Positions 52,907 through 64,000 of a stretch of 64,000 nucleotides of DNA are shown piece by piece (the first letter of the stretch is position 1; the number at the start of each line of letters is the position of its first letter). Under the pieces are notes generated by a model. It was not told where the DNA came from. It worked only from the letters and a program-made list of their open reading frames with translations, and did no database searches. The stretch lies in assembly GCF_041956535.1 (NCBI RefSeq), contig NW_027192198.1:628714-692713 (forward strand), in the 5' to 3' direction. Made by a program: the position numbers and the translations under genes. Source of the stretch: Calcarisporiella thermophila CBS 279.70 (lineage: Eukaryota > Fungi > Calcarisporiellomycota).

Positions 52907-53266
52907 TCTTGCCTTAAGTATACACGCCCAATTATATCTAGCAAAATGAACGCCCTTTTATTGCTGGTTTATGAGTGCTACCAGACGCTCGGTGGCCGCA
53001 AAGTTGATTTGTGGGTGGTGTTGGATTTAGGGGGGTTGGCGAGCTTTTTCAAGTTAAAATGTAGAGTTGGAATTTGATATAATAAGAAGTTTTATAAGTT
53101 TTGAGAAAGAGAAAGTGAGGGGGAGAGACATGATAGTACCATTAAGAAGAGAAAAAAATACATAAAGGAAAGAAAAATATCACCCATCCAATCTTCATAG
53201 TGTTTCCCGTCTTATCCAAAAGAATCAAACTTAAGCCTAACCATGAACGATGCAGTTTTCGATGAT

Positions 53267-54282
53267 CTAAGCGCTCTCCTCTGCCTTCTCACCGCCCTTC
53301 TCCCCATTCATCTCCTCAAAATAATCCATTCTCGCCACCTTGATGACCAGCCCTCGTCCCTCTACCTCATGACCCTGCAGGGCCTCAAGGGCTCGCTGCT
53401 GCTCTTCCTCCGACTCCAACTGAACAAAGCCAAAGCCCTTGCTCCGTCCGCTGCTGCGGCGCAGGACCACGTGGGCCTCCTTTACCGTATAGCCTTGGAA
53501 GATCCCTTTGAGAGCCGCATCGTCGAATGAGAAGGGCAGGTTGCCGACAAAGAGTGTGGTCTTCGAAGGTTCTTGCTGAGCGGAAACAGCTGTTGGCTCG
53601 CGCGGCCTTCCCTGAGGACGCCCGCGCTTGCCGCGCCGAGCACGAGGACGGCGGAACTTGCGCCGGGGAACGCCCTCCTTCTTCTCGGCGGGTAATTTGT
53701 CCTCCTCCTTCTCTCCGTTTTCCCCTTGCTCCTCCTGGCTGTCCGTTTGCTCCCGCGGCGCTCTAGGAACCCCGCGCCTTCTTCCTCTCCAGCTACCGCG
53801 GAATCGCCCCCTCATGGGCCTGGCAGGTGCAGTTCCTTCAGCTCCCCTTGATCGCTGCTTAGAAGGTGCGCCCTCCTCTTGAGTCTTGGCGGGTTTTGGG
53901 CGTGCAATCTGGACGCTGATATTACGGCCTTCCATCTCGCGCCCATCCAGTTTGTCCACAGCGTTCTGAGCGTCTTCAGAAGATGCGAATGCGACGAAGC
54001 CATAGCCCTTGGAGAAGCGGCCGCGAGTGATAACAGAGGCAGCGGTCCTGAGGGGTTGAATTGAAAATCAAAAAGGGAGATGAGGCGGGGATGCGGGAAA
54101 CTCATATTTTCTATAGGTAAAGCCATGATGGAGGGGACTTACACTTTTCCAGCCTCAGAAAAGAGCTCACTAAGCTCCTCGTTTTTGGTGCGGAACGGGA
54201 GATTGCCCACAAATACCTTGTGGTCAACCTCTTCTATCGATGGCTGCTGGTTCACTTGCTGTTGAGCACTGGCTTCCGTCAT
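53267..54282 (-). CDS. Two-RRM RNA/ssDNA-binding protein with Arg/Gly-rich linker (Sbp1/Tcg1-like)
   Basis: KVFVGNLPF and SKGYGFVAF; TLFVGNLPF and RSKGFGFVQL; RG-rich linker. One intron. Confidence 0.88.
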
Positions 54283-54630
54283 GTCAGACTTTTGCGTTTT
54301 CCAGAGGGGGATGAGGGATGGACTTAGAACCTGGATTTAAAAAAAAATTGGAGAAACGAGCTTGGTATAATAAATCGAGCCAATTATTTGGGATGACGTC
54401 TCCTGTGTCACAAGAACCTTCAAGGGGTTGCACAATTTTTCAATGGCCTTCCTTCTTAAAGTTTATTCTCTCCCAGAGGGGTGGATCCCTCTTCTGGTAC
54501 TCTCTCATCTGCTACTATCTATCCCGAGCTGCCCATATTTATTCTAGATCATCACCATTCATACACGGTCAAGATATTTAGAAAATAAAAACATAGCATC
54601 ATAGATAAACCAGTATAATACATAGCCCCG

Positions 54631-55963
54631 TCATCCCTCCAAGTATTGCCGTAAATATCTCTTATATAGGCTCGTCAGTTGCTCAAAGAACACGAAAGTG
54701 AAAATGGTATGTGGCCTAATGGTTAAACATGCCAAGTTAATATACAAAGCTTAGCCCCCCGTCTTATTGCAATAGAGGTGACACAAAATAGTTACCCTAT
54801 CCGAGCATACTGGGCCGTGAATCCTTTATAAAGACCAAAGAATCCCTCTGCTCTCAGCGTTTTTACCATACAATCCAACGGATTACGATACAGAGTTCCT
54901 TTACCCGTGATAGGATCCGTCTTTTGATTGTACATTCGGGTACTGACCACATCGAAAGGTTGCATCACACAACACACGAAAATACCACTAATGAGGGAGG
55001 ATGAGACGTGTGCGTAGATGTTGTCTGCACAAAGGTTGGACTGAAGGATTTTAGATTTGACGTAACCTAAAAATAGTAATTTTTCATATTTGTTTAGATC
55101 TAAAAGGGAGGGAGAGACGAGAGAAGGCAGTGATGTGAAGGGATGCCAATTACCGTAGGTCGGAAGCTGCACAGCCGAACCCACTGCCGTTCGCAACATA
55201 GCTGCATCCACTCCCCGGAACCACCCACGTATCCCATCTGTCTTCCAGATTTCACGCAAAGCTGCCACGGAATTTCGATAATAGTGCTGATGACCCACTC
55301 CAGCGTGTTGTGAGTACGATTGCATTCGTGTTTTGACCAGGAAGAGAGGAGACCCAAATGCAGCCCCGATAAGGCCGGAAGAGGCGCCGGAGAGCATGTT
55401 GACAAGCGTATGATGCTTAGTAGGATCGTTACCTAACAGATCGTTATAGGTATGCTTGATGGGCTCGTAGAAACCTAATCGGGCGCCGTTCATCATTATC
55501 TGATAGCCATCTAACCAGAAAGTTGGTGAAAAAACAAAAATTAACATATGCGCGCATAGTTCTGCATCCCAACAAAGCTATGAAACTTACAAGCTGGTCC
55601 TAACCCTTTCTGAATCCCTCTAATGCCCTCATTCTTAAAAATGAGAATGGCAGCCTGGAAGAGATTTGTATATGGCTTTGGTACATTCTTAGTGCCAGAG
55701 GCGGTACGCGCCAGTTCACCTTGAAGCTGGAGGCGGGTTTTTACAACCTGTACAAAAAGCACATACTATTATTCAATCATGCTATCGATTGTATGCTGAA
55801 TTATGACTACCTCCATGGGATTGGTGAGTGTCACAGCACAGCATGCAGCAACTGCGCCAATCATAAAGCCAATGGCCGACTGTTTTGCGCGGCTAGTCTG
55901 GGGCTTGATAATCTGCGTTTCAGGCTGAGCAATGGTAGCTGAGGAAGTAGTCGTCTGCGACAT
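54631..55963 (-). CDS. OAC1: Mitochondrial oxaloacetate carrier (SLC25A34/35-like)
   Basis: TNPMEVVKTRLQLQGEL, YQIMMNGARLGFY, SPLFLVKTRMQ, RTAVGSAVQL, RIGPHTIFTFVF. Confidence 0.94.
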
Positions 55964-56610
55964 GTTGCAAAATTATAGGATATAGCAATAGGAATAATAG
56001 CAAGAATAGTATTCTATACAACAAAGAAAATAGGAACAAATAGTTATAGAATGTCAAGTAAACCTGAGAAATGAAGAGTCTATTAATTATAAATAGAGGT
56101 AATAATGATAAATACAAGAAGGAGAATAAAGAGATGTGGAGTAAAGAATTCTCTGTTTCCAATGTAAGAGAGAATTGGGCACCGAAACAGAACAGTATCA
56201 AGGATTCAGAGGAGGAATAATGCCTTCCTCATTATCTTCTCGTCATTAGCAATTCCAGCTCCAATTACAAAATCGGTTTGGATGGTCAAGTGGAGAACAA
56301 CAGTCAAGATTACAAAGCCATGAAATACGAGCGAAAAGTTAACAGAAAAATTTCAGAAGCTTGAAAATTTTTTAACAACAATACGCGACACGGCCAAATT
56401 TTAGGGGATAGACTGAGTATCTTATCGCCCCCTCCCCTTTCTCTCTCTTTCATACTTTTTTCATCTTAAGGTAAGCTCACCATTGTTGATACTAAAATTG
56501 ATCGGCGTTCTCGTGCCAATTAGGCATCTTGAGAATCATTAAGAATCATTCTCATCATCCTTGATTTTTCTTACTATTTTCCATCTTATTAGCCTTTATT
56601 CCGACAGAAT

Positions 56611-57189
56611 ATGCCCAAGGCCAAAAGCACCACCAAATCAACGCGCAAGTCGAAAGCGGAAGGGGGCGTCCGAAAGCGTGCCAAGAAGGACCCTAATGCT
56701 CCCAAACGCAATCTCACCGCATATATGATGTTTGTGCAACAGCAGCGCAAGGTTGTTCAGCAGGAAAATCCCACTGTCTCATTTGGTAATGCCTATTTTT
56801 CCCCTGTGGCCTTTTTTATCTCAGACACTATTTATTGAGCACGGAGAATACACCATACCATTTGGCTAACCATTCGACAAAATTTTGTGATTTTCTAGGT
56901 CAAATTGGAAAAATTCTCGGTGAAAAGTGGAAAAACTTGGAGGAAGATGAAAAGAAAAAATACGTGAAAATGGCCGAGAAAGACAAAGAGCGTTACGAGA
57001 AGCAGAAATCCGAATACGAGGTAGTCAACCGATATAAAGTACACATTGAAAATAACTACTTACTGTAACTTCCCCCCCCCTCCCTCCACTCCTACAATTG
57101 CAATACAGGCCAACAAGCATGATGCTGCAGATGATAAGGCCGATGAAGAGGTAGATGAGGAAGACGAGGAAGACGAGGATGACGAATAA
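56611..57189 (+). CDS. NHP6: HMG-box non-histone chromatin protein with acidic tail
   Basis: [40 protein letters not shown]. Two coding introns and a 5'UTR intron (about 56471-56592). Confidence 0.95.
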
Positions 57190-57478
57190 GTGGTTTTGCA
57201 AGCGTTTCTGCTGAACTGAAATACCTTTGTTCTATCTGTTCTTGATAAATGTGCTATTAGTTTGGCCTTATTTTTTTTCTATTATTGTTGGGTGCCTTTT
57301 TTTTTCCTTCCATTTTACAGTATTCAATGCGTGGAGATTCTACACTGGTATAATAATAAATGATAATACCCATAAAACACGACTTGCTGCGCCTCATTAA
57401 CTTCCCCTGTTCTAAATTTCAAACAACGGAAATCTCGTGATCACTGACAATAGTAAACTTTCTAGGATCTCAGCAGAT

Positions 57479-58087
57479 ATGTACTCCATAGCGCTGCGTG
57501 CCGTACGACTTTCATCCGTGAGTTATTGCTCTAATATATTTATGGATTGATGGCGATGAATTCGTGAGAGCACTAATTATAATGTCTTGAATGCAGACAC
57601 TCAGATACGCTGTCAGGCCTACTCCGAAGATGGCTGTGCGGGCATTCACTGCTAGTTCTGTGACAAAACAAGGCATGCTAGCAATGTTCTCTTTATTTTT
57701 CATTGCATTGTCGTTAACACTTTCTAATGGATAACCCAGATTTGGTCCAGGACTTGTACATCAAGCAGCTCAAAACCTTTAAGCCTGCCGCTGAGGTAGA
57801 TAGATACTTTTAATATCTTCCCCCCCCCCCCCCTTCGCTTATTTTGCTCTTGTTTTCATGAATAGGCGAAGGGAGCGGAAATTGGTCAAGTGAAGGAGCT
57901 TCACGTCCCCTCTGCTCCTCAACCCCCAAAACTGGAAGAAGATTTGACCGCCGACCTCCAGGCATACCAACAAGAGGATCCAGTGGCCGTCTCAGTGGCC
58001 AATGAAGAAGATCAAGTTGAGGAGGAATATGCAGATATCTTCGAGGAGGCATTAAAAGATGAAGAAGAGGAGACCGAAGGACACTAG
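57479..58087 (+). CDS. ATP14: Mitochondrial ATP synthase subunit h
   Basis: Arg-rich presequence ..AVRAFTASSVTKQ, then DLVQDLYIKQLKTFKP and an acidic C-terminus. This requires a GC-AG intron at 57673-57739. An alternative start is possible at 57591. Confidence 0.88.
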
Positions 58088-58465
58088 TCAACTCTTTACA
58101 ATGTAAATTTTTATGCTATTTTATTTAAAATAGATCCTTGATTCAATACTCAGTATGCCGTCATCATTGGTATTGCTACAGCCTAATTTATTGAAAGGGG
58201 ATATTGAATGACCCATCCAAAAAAAAAAATTATCATATTTTTAAAAGGATAAATCTCGAAATTGATGAAGAGTGGGAATCCAGATGCAACTGAAGTAGGG
58301 ATTAACAAGAAAGAAAGAGATTAAAAATTGAATTAAACAACATTCCATTGAATTTGTATGAAAAATTAAATGAGAATGCTAGGTCAAACAAAAATATGTA
58401 CAGCAGAAAATTATAGGGGAGGGGGAGGGAACGGTGAGTTGAGAATATAAAAAAGGGACTCTAAT

Positions 58466-58711
58466 CTACATGCAGATGCCGCTATTAATATTCCGTCCAT
58501 TGGTTCGCCATACCCAGCAGCAGATAGTCAGGACAAGGACTGCGACGAGCAGTGCGCAAGCTCCTACGAAAAACTTGGAAGTGCCATCGTCATCGAAGAA
58601 TCCTCTTTCAGTTAGGTCGACGACGCGATGCGGTTTGGCGAGGACCATCCGTAGCGAATAGAGAAGATAGAGGCTAATCAGATTAGGGCCAGATGGGAAT
58701 TGCCTTGTCAT
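58466..58711 (-). CDS. Small (81 aa) putative single-pass membrane protein
   Basis: ATG 58711, hydrophobic LISLYLLYSL..VLA, short polar segment, transmembrane FFVGACALLVAVLVLTICCWVW followed by basic residues. Confidence 0.55.
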   Translation of the reverse strand: MTRQFPSGPNLISLYLLYSLRMVLAKPHRVVDLTERGFFDDDGTSKFFVGACALLVAVLVLTICCWVWRTNGRNINSGICM

Positions 58712-59651
58712 TATTGTTGACAATTGGAGGAAAGAAGGTGGGAAGTCCAAAACCGACAGTTCCTAATTAATATTAATTATTGTGACAGCCAATAGTAGCA
58801 TGAATGCAATAGTTGCACCTACCCCCACTTTTTTCCCCGCTCATTCTTGCCTTAATCGATGGACAGTTTTATTCTTCGCAGTGTTTGGAGAAAGCCGCAA
58901 GCGCTCATAAGGGTTAGTGCAGTTTGAATTGAATAAATTTGCGCATCCAGAGATTAGTGAACCGACAATTCAATAGACTCTACTGTGCCCGAATCTGGAC
59001 AATGGGCTGCGTCCATTCGAGAACAATTAAACTTTGTGTGCTCTCCCGAAGGCGAATTGCTGCAGCGTGGGGCTCAGGGTTTCTATTTAAATGCAAGCTC
59101 AGTTGTATATTGTATTCAGCCAATTCAATACATTTGTTTTCAAGTTACATGATACAATTAGAAAAAAATAGCCGTGTATATGAGCTCCTTCTTTTTGCCG
59201 GTGCTATTTCACGCCCTTTTTCCTTGAAGCTTTAAATCCGACTCATACTAGGCTCGCAGCATTCTACATTGGGCTTGGAGTGGATGAAGTACTACGACTC
59301 TGCATTCCATTCTTCATTGGTACAGCTAGCAAACCCCTTCAACCATACTCCCAGCTGAATGTGCAGTGCCTCGGTTTGTACGAGTTATAACAAACTAAAT
59401 TTGTTAATAGGTAAACAGGTATGAATAAAAACGTGTGGCATGGCCCTGTATGGGTTAGGAGACTGTAGTCCCTTCCCCCCTTCCTTATGAATAGACAGTC
59501 TGCTTTCAGGCCTACGCGATCCCTCTTAACCAAATAGAGAAGCTTGCATCCTGCATCGAGTACAATAGTGCAGATACGTTGGGTGCTTTCCTCTTCTCTG
59601 CTTTGTATTAGATTTCTGAACAAAATGTGGAGAGAATCAGTGGGATATTTG

Positions 59652-59710
59652 AAGCAGTATGAATTGAAATACATTCGTAGTAAACGAATGTATTTCCATT
59701 CATTCTGCTT
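59652..59710. repeat. Inverted repeat / hairpin with 27-bp arms and a 5-nt loop
   Basis: AAGCAGTATGAATTGAAATACATTCGT-AGTAA-ACGAATGTATTTCCATTCATTCTGCTT (2 mismatches). Confidence 0.9.
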
Positions 59711-59888
59711 TACAGCTGCCCATCGAGGTGCAAGAGCAGGCATAAAAGAAAGCTTACACAATATTGGCGGTATTTAATAGAACAGAGGAAACAAGAAATC
59801 TTACACAAATTACACGTATTAGTAGTAAAACTCGGTACGACAATGGACCCGTCCTTACATAAGGTCACCCAAAGTAGAGGAGCGTTAC

Positions 59889-62521
59889 TCAACGCGCGAT
59901 TTTATCATAACAAGCCACTTGTCTAGTATGCCCCCAATGTTTCCCTTTATCATGTTGATTCCAGGGTGGTCCATTCCGGCTCCTAGGGTAGCCGGTTTCC
60001 TTTGCCTCCTGCAGCGACACTTGCTTTGACGGCACCATACTCGAGGGATCTGCGGAGGTGCGGGGTGTACGATTAGGCCACTTCGGGTGATCCTTTTGCC
60101 ACGAAAGGGGCGATGGCTTCGAGGACTTTGGTAGATCGTCCGAAAATTCCCTGCCCATAGCACGGGATTCATGTTGCAGCCGTGTCAGCGGGTTCTTGAA
60201 TTTGCACTCGCTACGGGATGAGGCACTTTCGCAGAGGTCGAGACTCGGCGAAGCCGTTTTATCCGCACACTGGCGATGGTTCCATCGTTTCTTAGTTTTG
60301 TTCTTTCGCTCGCTCTTATTCTCATGGGTATTCAATGGGATATCCCACTGTGCTCTGGGTGTGTGGCGGCTCTTGAGCATATCCTGGACACCGAAAGAGC
60401 CGAGGATCCGGTTTGATTGCCCTTGCTGATGCGTATCTTGAAGAATAGGTAGAGCTAACCTATTATACCCTGGGTCACTAGTGGGATCCAGGTCAGCTGA
60501 AGGGGTATCTTGGACGCTAGGAGTTGGGACATTTCTTCTGCGAGGTGATTTTTTTTCTGCTCGATTCCACCTCCCATTAGCAGCCTGCTGGAGTTCTCTA
60601 ACCGAACCTTCACTTGTGCTACGCCCACTGATAATTCTATCGCCATCGTCTTCACCCTGCTTTGTTATGCCTTTGGCGCAGTGAGCATCGGGAGACCCTA
60701 CTCCCCAATACTGATTGCCTTTTGATTGAGGATTTCGCTGCCGATTGCCTCCAGAAATGGGAGGTGGCCACGGACGACCAGAAGACGTACCATTCTTTCT
60801 GTTCTTAGAACGGTCAAGTGCAGGCAAACTCGAATGGTCATTTTCGTCGCCCTTTATTTGCTTATACCACAGCTGTTGCTCTTGCGGTTTGTGCAATGGT
60901 AGGGGTGACGGTTGAGTATGGACTGGGCTGGAAACATGTTTCGGGGGATTACCCAGTAGCCAAAGATCTCCGGCCCTCTTCCTTTCAGCGGGATCATTTT
61001 TCAAGCCCGATGCGTTCGTATCGAGTAGAGACGGGGGATCGCCCCAAGAATCCTCTCTCAATGCAGCTGTTGGCACTGGGGTATTCGTCTCATGACGCCA
61101 CTCCTCATAGGTCATTGGGAGTAATGTGGGCGGAAAGGGAGGATATGCCGAGGCGAGCATATGATCATGGGTGCTATTTCGACGCATGTCATCGTAAACT
61201 TCGACATGAATATCTCTGGTGTCCCAAGCCACATTTGTACTATTTCTCTGGGAAGCTGCTAATTTGGAAGAGTATTGTGGGGGCATCTTGACTAGGACAG
61301 ATCCCTTTCCGTCGCCGAGCGCAGATCTACCATAAAAAAAAACAAGGTTAGTTAAGGAGAAGTTTCAAATCTAATCTGTATTGAGAATACTGACTTTATA
61401 AGATGCCTCAAATGGGCATAGTTAGGAGTATCCTGATAACGAAGCGCGCGCGTATATTTCAAATAATCTACGAATGCCCTTGGCAAACCGTCGCATAGTT
61501 CTTCTAGAGCCATGCTCTCTTTCAAACACTTCATCTTTGCCCAACCCTGCCTCGGGCTGAAGGCGGAAACTCCAGCCCAAGGCAATTCACCCGTCAGCAT
61601 TTCTATCAGCACATAGGCGACCGACTCCACATCATCGCGACGACTGTGCCCATCACCGCGATGAACATTAAGACTTGCATAGAGTGCCGTTCCGGTCTTG
61701 TTTTTGATGCGATGGCGACGTGGTATGTGGTGCCCTGTGATCGGATCGCGGTAGTACCTTGTGAGGCCAAAATCAATGATGTGCAGCTTTGTGAAGTCGC
61801 GGGGCTGGTCCCAAAATGGGTTCCTTGCCCGATCTCCTTGAAAATCCGTTCCAGACGGTGATCCAGGGAGGATAAATTGAGAGCCTAACAGAAAATTGTC
61901 AGGCTTAACATCACGGTAAACCAATCCGCACGAATGAACATGTTCAAGAAGCGAAATCTACGAGGTAGAGGTATGCTCCATTAGGTCCTGATGGAATGAG
62001 CAAGGGATAGCTAGCTATTTACTATTTGAATACCCAGATCCACCACGATGTCCAATTCGACTCTACCCCCCATGGCCCACTTGAACTGTTTCAAATCCGG
62101 GCCGAGGAGTTCGAGTGCGATGATATAGTAGGGCGAATCTTGGCCAAACCAAAAGCATCGTGGAATTCCTTCTAAAAGAATGTTGAAGAGGAGATGAATG
62201 AGATTATCGCCCAAGTCAGAGAGATATCTATCGAGACGCACCTCTGCCCTTCAATTTTTCATAAATTTCATATTCGTGCCTGAGCTGGGGTTCTCCATCT
62301 TTAATGAGCTCTCGTTTAATAGCAACCCATTTTCCACTCTGAACATCCTGGGCTAGATTAATGAAGAAATAAATATCGTCAAGATCTCTTGGAATTGGCC
62401 CTTCATTCGATAGCCTTGATATCCGCAAAAAAGTGGCATTACCTCGAAATACCTCTCCGAATGATCCCTCACCAATCCTATTCAGAATAAGCCAACGGTC
62501 TTTGATAATAACCTGTGACAT
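59889..62521 (-). CDS. Casein kinase 1 family kinase with ~470-aa disordered C-terminal tail
   Basis: IGEGSFGEVF, VAIKRE, PQLRHEY, LELLGPDL, VYRDVKPDNFL, IIDFGL, KTGTALYASLN.H, SRRDDVES, LPWAG. Confidence 0.93.
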
Positions 62522-64000
62522 AAGCTAGCAGGTGATACCGAATGGTACTAAACAAGTAGCACTGAAATGGCAAAAAGAAAAGACAATTGACAAAAATGGC
62601 GTCAACGAAAAGGATTGGAGAGGAATATGAAAAAAGAAACTATGCCTAGCTTCTTAAGAAGGCGGTCATAAATGCCAATATATATAAATGAATAGCAAAA
62701 TGAAGCAGATTGAAAAAAAAAAATGGAGACAAAGAAGCCAAGTCGATGCTAGTGAAGCCCTAAAACCTAAGTGAGATTGCTAATTGGTCTTGGGGCATCA
62801 CAAGCTCAACAGGGCGGCGAGAAAAGGAAGAGAATTTGAAGCCCTTTTCGATGATAAACAGGGAAGAGGGCCAAGCTAGGATTGGGTGCCGCTAGGTCAG
62901 GCAGATTAAGCGAGGGGATATAGCAGATAGGAGAATGCACTTAGTTCACTGCTAGTTCCAACTGTGATAGCGATAATGTGGCAACCAAAATATAAAATAT
63001 CCTTAATAGTTTAAGCCACCGCCTAAATTCCAGCAGGAGAGGGCGTGAGGTTAAAGTTTTCTCAACCACGTTTAGACAAACTGGTATAACTCTCTCAACA
63101 TTATACAAATATAATATGGATTCTCAACCAAGTCTATCTGTGGGACAGTTCAAACTCAGTAGAATACCCTCCCACCAGCAGCGATTCGTTTAAGTATTTT
63201 ATTCGAAAGTAGAAAAAGAGGAAGGTTTCTACATCCTATTACTTTCCTCTAAGCATTTGGTTTATTGAGCACATTGTGCTTTGATAAGGTCCTCTATCTT
63301 AGCTGATTTATTGCGCCCTGGCCAAGCAGACATCCTTATAGGTCGGAAATGCCTGTCCTATTGGCGATATGCCAAACTGCAGCCTGCTTCCTTCTGAATT
63401 CCGAGGAATATCACTCGATAGACAAGTAAAAGGGAAGACCTGTTGGATTATTCTCCAGTGCGTCGGCTGTTAGATTTTCTTTTTGGAACCGGTATGCGGG
63501 CGCGAAAGCATGCACTGAAAATCGAAACTGTAGATAGATGGATGTCTAAGGAAGATCCAGGGATGACTTGCTGGCATAGGGCTGTCTTTGAGATTTATAG
63601 GGTTAGTTTGCGAGTGGGGTGTCCTAAAGTTTATCCAAACTCTCCACTATGAAGAGACCTGCTCTAGATGTGGGGATTTCTGTTTGGTGGGCTTACGACA
63701 GTGGGCACATACGCTCTCATCCTCGCTTTTCAGCCCATCTCTTCTCTATTTACACCATTTTATTCTTATTGTTCACTACCGAAAACACTGGGCCTTGTGA
63801 CACGAGCGCTATGCAGAAAGCGAAGAAAGTGATTTTCTAGTGCGAGGCTTTTGCCCCATCGATCTAGGCCTAGCTTTCTGTAGAAGACATTCGTAACTTT
63901 TTTCGACGAACTTTCCACGCGTTCTATTGTCTGATACTCGTCCTATTTTGGTAAATCAGTTGGCGCGACAAACTCGGGAACCCCCACTTGTTTCTGTGTC

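Noticed and set aside
56611-57189. HMG gene as a Mucorales sex (sexP/sexM) locus
   Set aside because: It is an NHP6/HMGB-type box with an acidic tail, flanked by OAC1 and ATP14 rather than a triose-phosphate transporter and RNA helicase.
58741-59277. GGAAGTCCAA / TTGGGCTT as the RNase MRP/P P4 helix
   Set aside because: Only a short wobble match, and no other conserved regions were found.

Overview
Gene-dense, intron-rich eukaryotic DNA. Short (about 55-130 nt) GT-AG introns plus fungal-type genes (NDT80, Pho80-like cyclin, Yap-like bZIP, ATP14, NHP6) alongside CLEC16A point to an early-diverging fungus (Mucoromycota/Zoopagomycota-like; the taxon is an inference). About 26 protein genes were reconstructed by hand-splicing, and there is one 508-nt assembly gap. 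No rRNA, tRNA, CRISPR array or recognisable transposase was seen. Most genes are housekeeping (FAT1, WDR89, Pep12/Vam3 syntaxin, CLEC16A, SFC1, RPP30, SCP2-thiolase, ULS1-like SNF2, COX23, OAC1, NHP6, ATP14, CK1). The most unusual locus is the first gene (509-5311). It encodes a secreted protein of about 1,450 aa: signal peptide, Kex2-type-delimited peptides including a His/Lys block, a ~650-aa almost purely acidic repeat region, and a bacterial-type beta-helix (pectate-lyase-like) domain. Other notable items: a GH36-like probable pseudo-enzyme with a 1-nt frameshift, a split intronless orphan ORF pair, a near-perfect 27-bp hairpin, tandem GMC oxidoreductases near an AA5 copper radical oxidase, and a GC-AG intron. 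All product calls rest on motif recognition, not database searches.
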